Below are positions 63,207-64,000 of a stretch of 64,000 nucleotides of DNA, piece by piece; position 1 is the first letter of the stretch, and the number at the start of each line of letters is the position of its first letter. Both the position numbers and the translations under genes were made by a program. The notes beneath the pieces are model-generated. The model made no database searches, was not told where the DNA came from, and saw only the letters and a program-made list of their open reading frames with translations. The DNA is taken from positions 4,712,001 to 4,776,000 of the forward strand of contig JBHGNT010000001.1 in NCBI GenBank assembly GCA_043228905.1, in the 5' to 3' direction. The DNA comes from Azolla caroliniana (Eukaryota > Plantae > Polypodiophyta).

Positions 63207-63650
63207 TTATTCTTTATCTTCCTCTACTGGAACCTTCTTGTTGACACGATAGTACCACAAACCAGCTGCCGCAATGGCTGCCACACCTGCAGCTACAGCT
63301 ACGTTTTTCGTAGAATCCGAGGAAATGTCCTTGACTGGATCCTGGATAGCAAATTCTGGAGCAGGGCTTTCACCAACTCCCTTTCAAAATGCATGCATAG
63401 GAAAGAAAGAAAACTAGTAGCATTAACCAATACGTTGCAACTCTGGATGAGTGAAACAATGCTTAAACATAGTTAGTTGTCTTCTTCTAGCATGTGAATG
63501 TATGGTTCATTCTTAAACATATACTTCAAAAAGAAAACTTATAAGAAACTTAAGTGTTCAGAGAATATCAGTTCTTTTAAAAATAAAACCTAGAAAAGCA
63601 TTGCCTTGTACCTGCTGAGCAATTGCCTCAAGCTTCTCTTTCTCCAATTT
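63207..63650 (-). CDS. Last two exons (63650-63612, 63380-63207) of a gene entering from beyond the window; C-terminal membrane anchor
   Basis: In-frame splice gives KLEKEKLEAIAQQ|GVGESPAPEFAIQDPVKDISSDSTKNVAVAAGVAAIAAAGLWYYRVNKKVPVEEDKE* with canonical AG/GT sites. Family not recognised. Confidence 0.65.
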
Positions 63651-64000
63651 CTGAGGAAGTGCCGGAATTTCAGTTTCAGATTAGTACCAGAATGGAGTAG
63701 ATGCATATTTATGCATATAAATAAAAATTCTTTGTGTAAATCATAATTAATCATCCTTTTCTAAATAACACAATATTAATGTGTTTCTGAGCACTGCAGC
63801 TGTAAACCATGGTATAATGGTTGCTGGGAGAAAGAAAAAAAGAAATATTTTTTAACTCTTATCAAAGTCTAAAATCAGCTCTGTGACAAATCAGATGTAC
63901 AAAGATCTATCCTCTGGAAGTTCCACTTGCAGTTTCATGGTTGTAATGCCTATTAAAGTATAAAACAGCTACGTGAATCCGATGTGGATGAAAGATAGTA

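Overview
Land-plant nuclear genomic DNA: AT-rich, spliced genes, many microsatellites and transposon remnants. The gene content suggests a seed-free vascular plant, but the organism cannot be fixed from sequence alone. Eight protein-coding loci were assembled by hand: a GT-3-like trihelix factor (-), an E2F factor (+), a plastid-type Era GTPase (-), an intronless RING-H2 E3 ligase (-), a TGA-class bZIP (-), a DsPTP1/MKP2-like dual-specificity phosphatase (+), an ethylene receptor (+), and the 3' end of a probable tail-anchored protein gene (-). Non-coding space holds four hAT-like insertions with 8-bp target-site duplications (two TIR families), LINE remnants, Mutator-like MITE fragments, a tRNA-derived SINE-like head and tandem repeats. 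I see no convincing new multi-gene system. The most notable observations are local: a transposon whose TSD duplicates the Era last-exon splice acceptor; two U12-type introns in E2F; a hAT derivative retaining a spliceable dimerisation-domain ORF, with a cognate MITE 36 kb away; a near-perfect 75-bp inverted duplication in a TGA intron; and a splice acceptor preceded by (GA)n instead of a pyrimidine tract. Exon coordinates were read manually and may be a few bases off.
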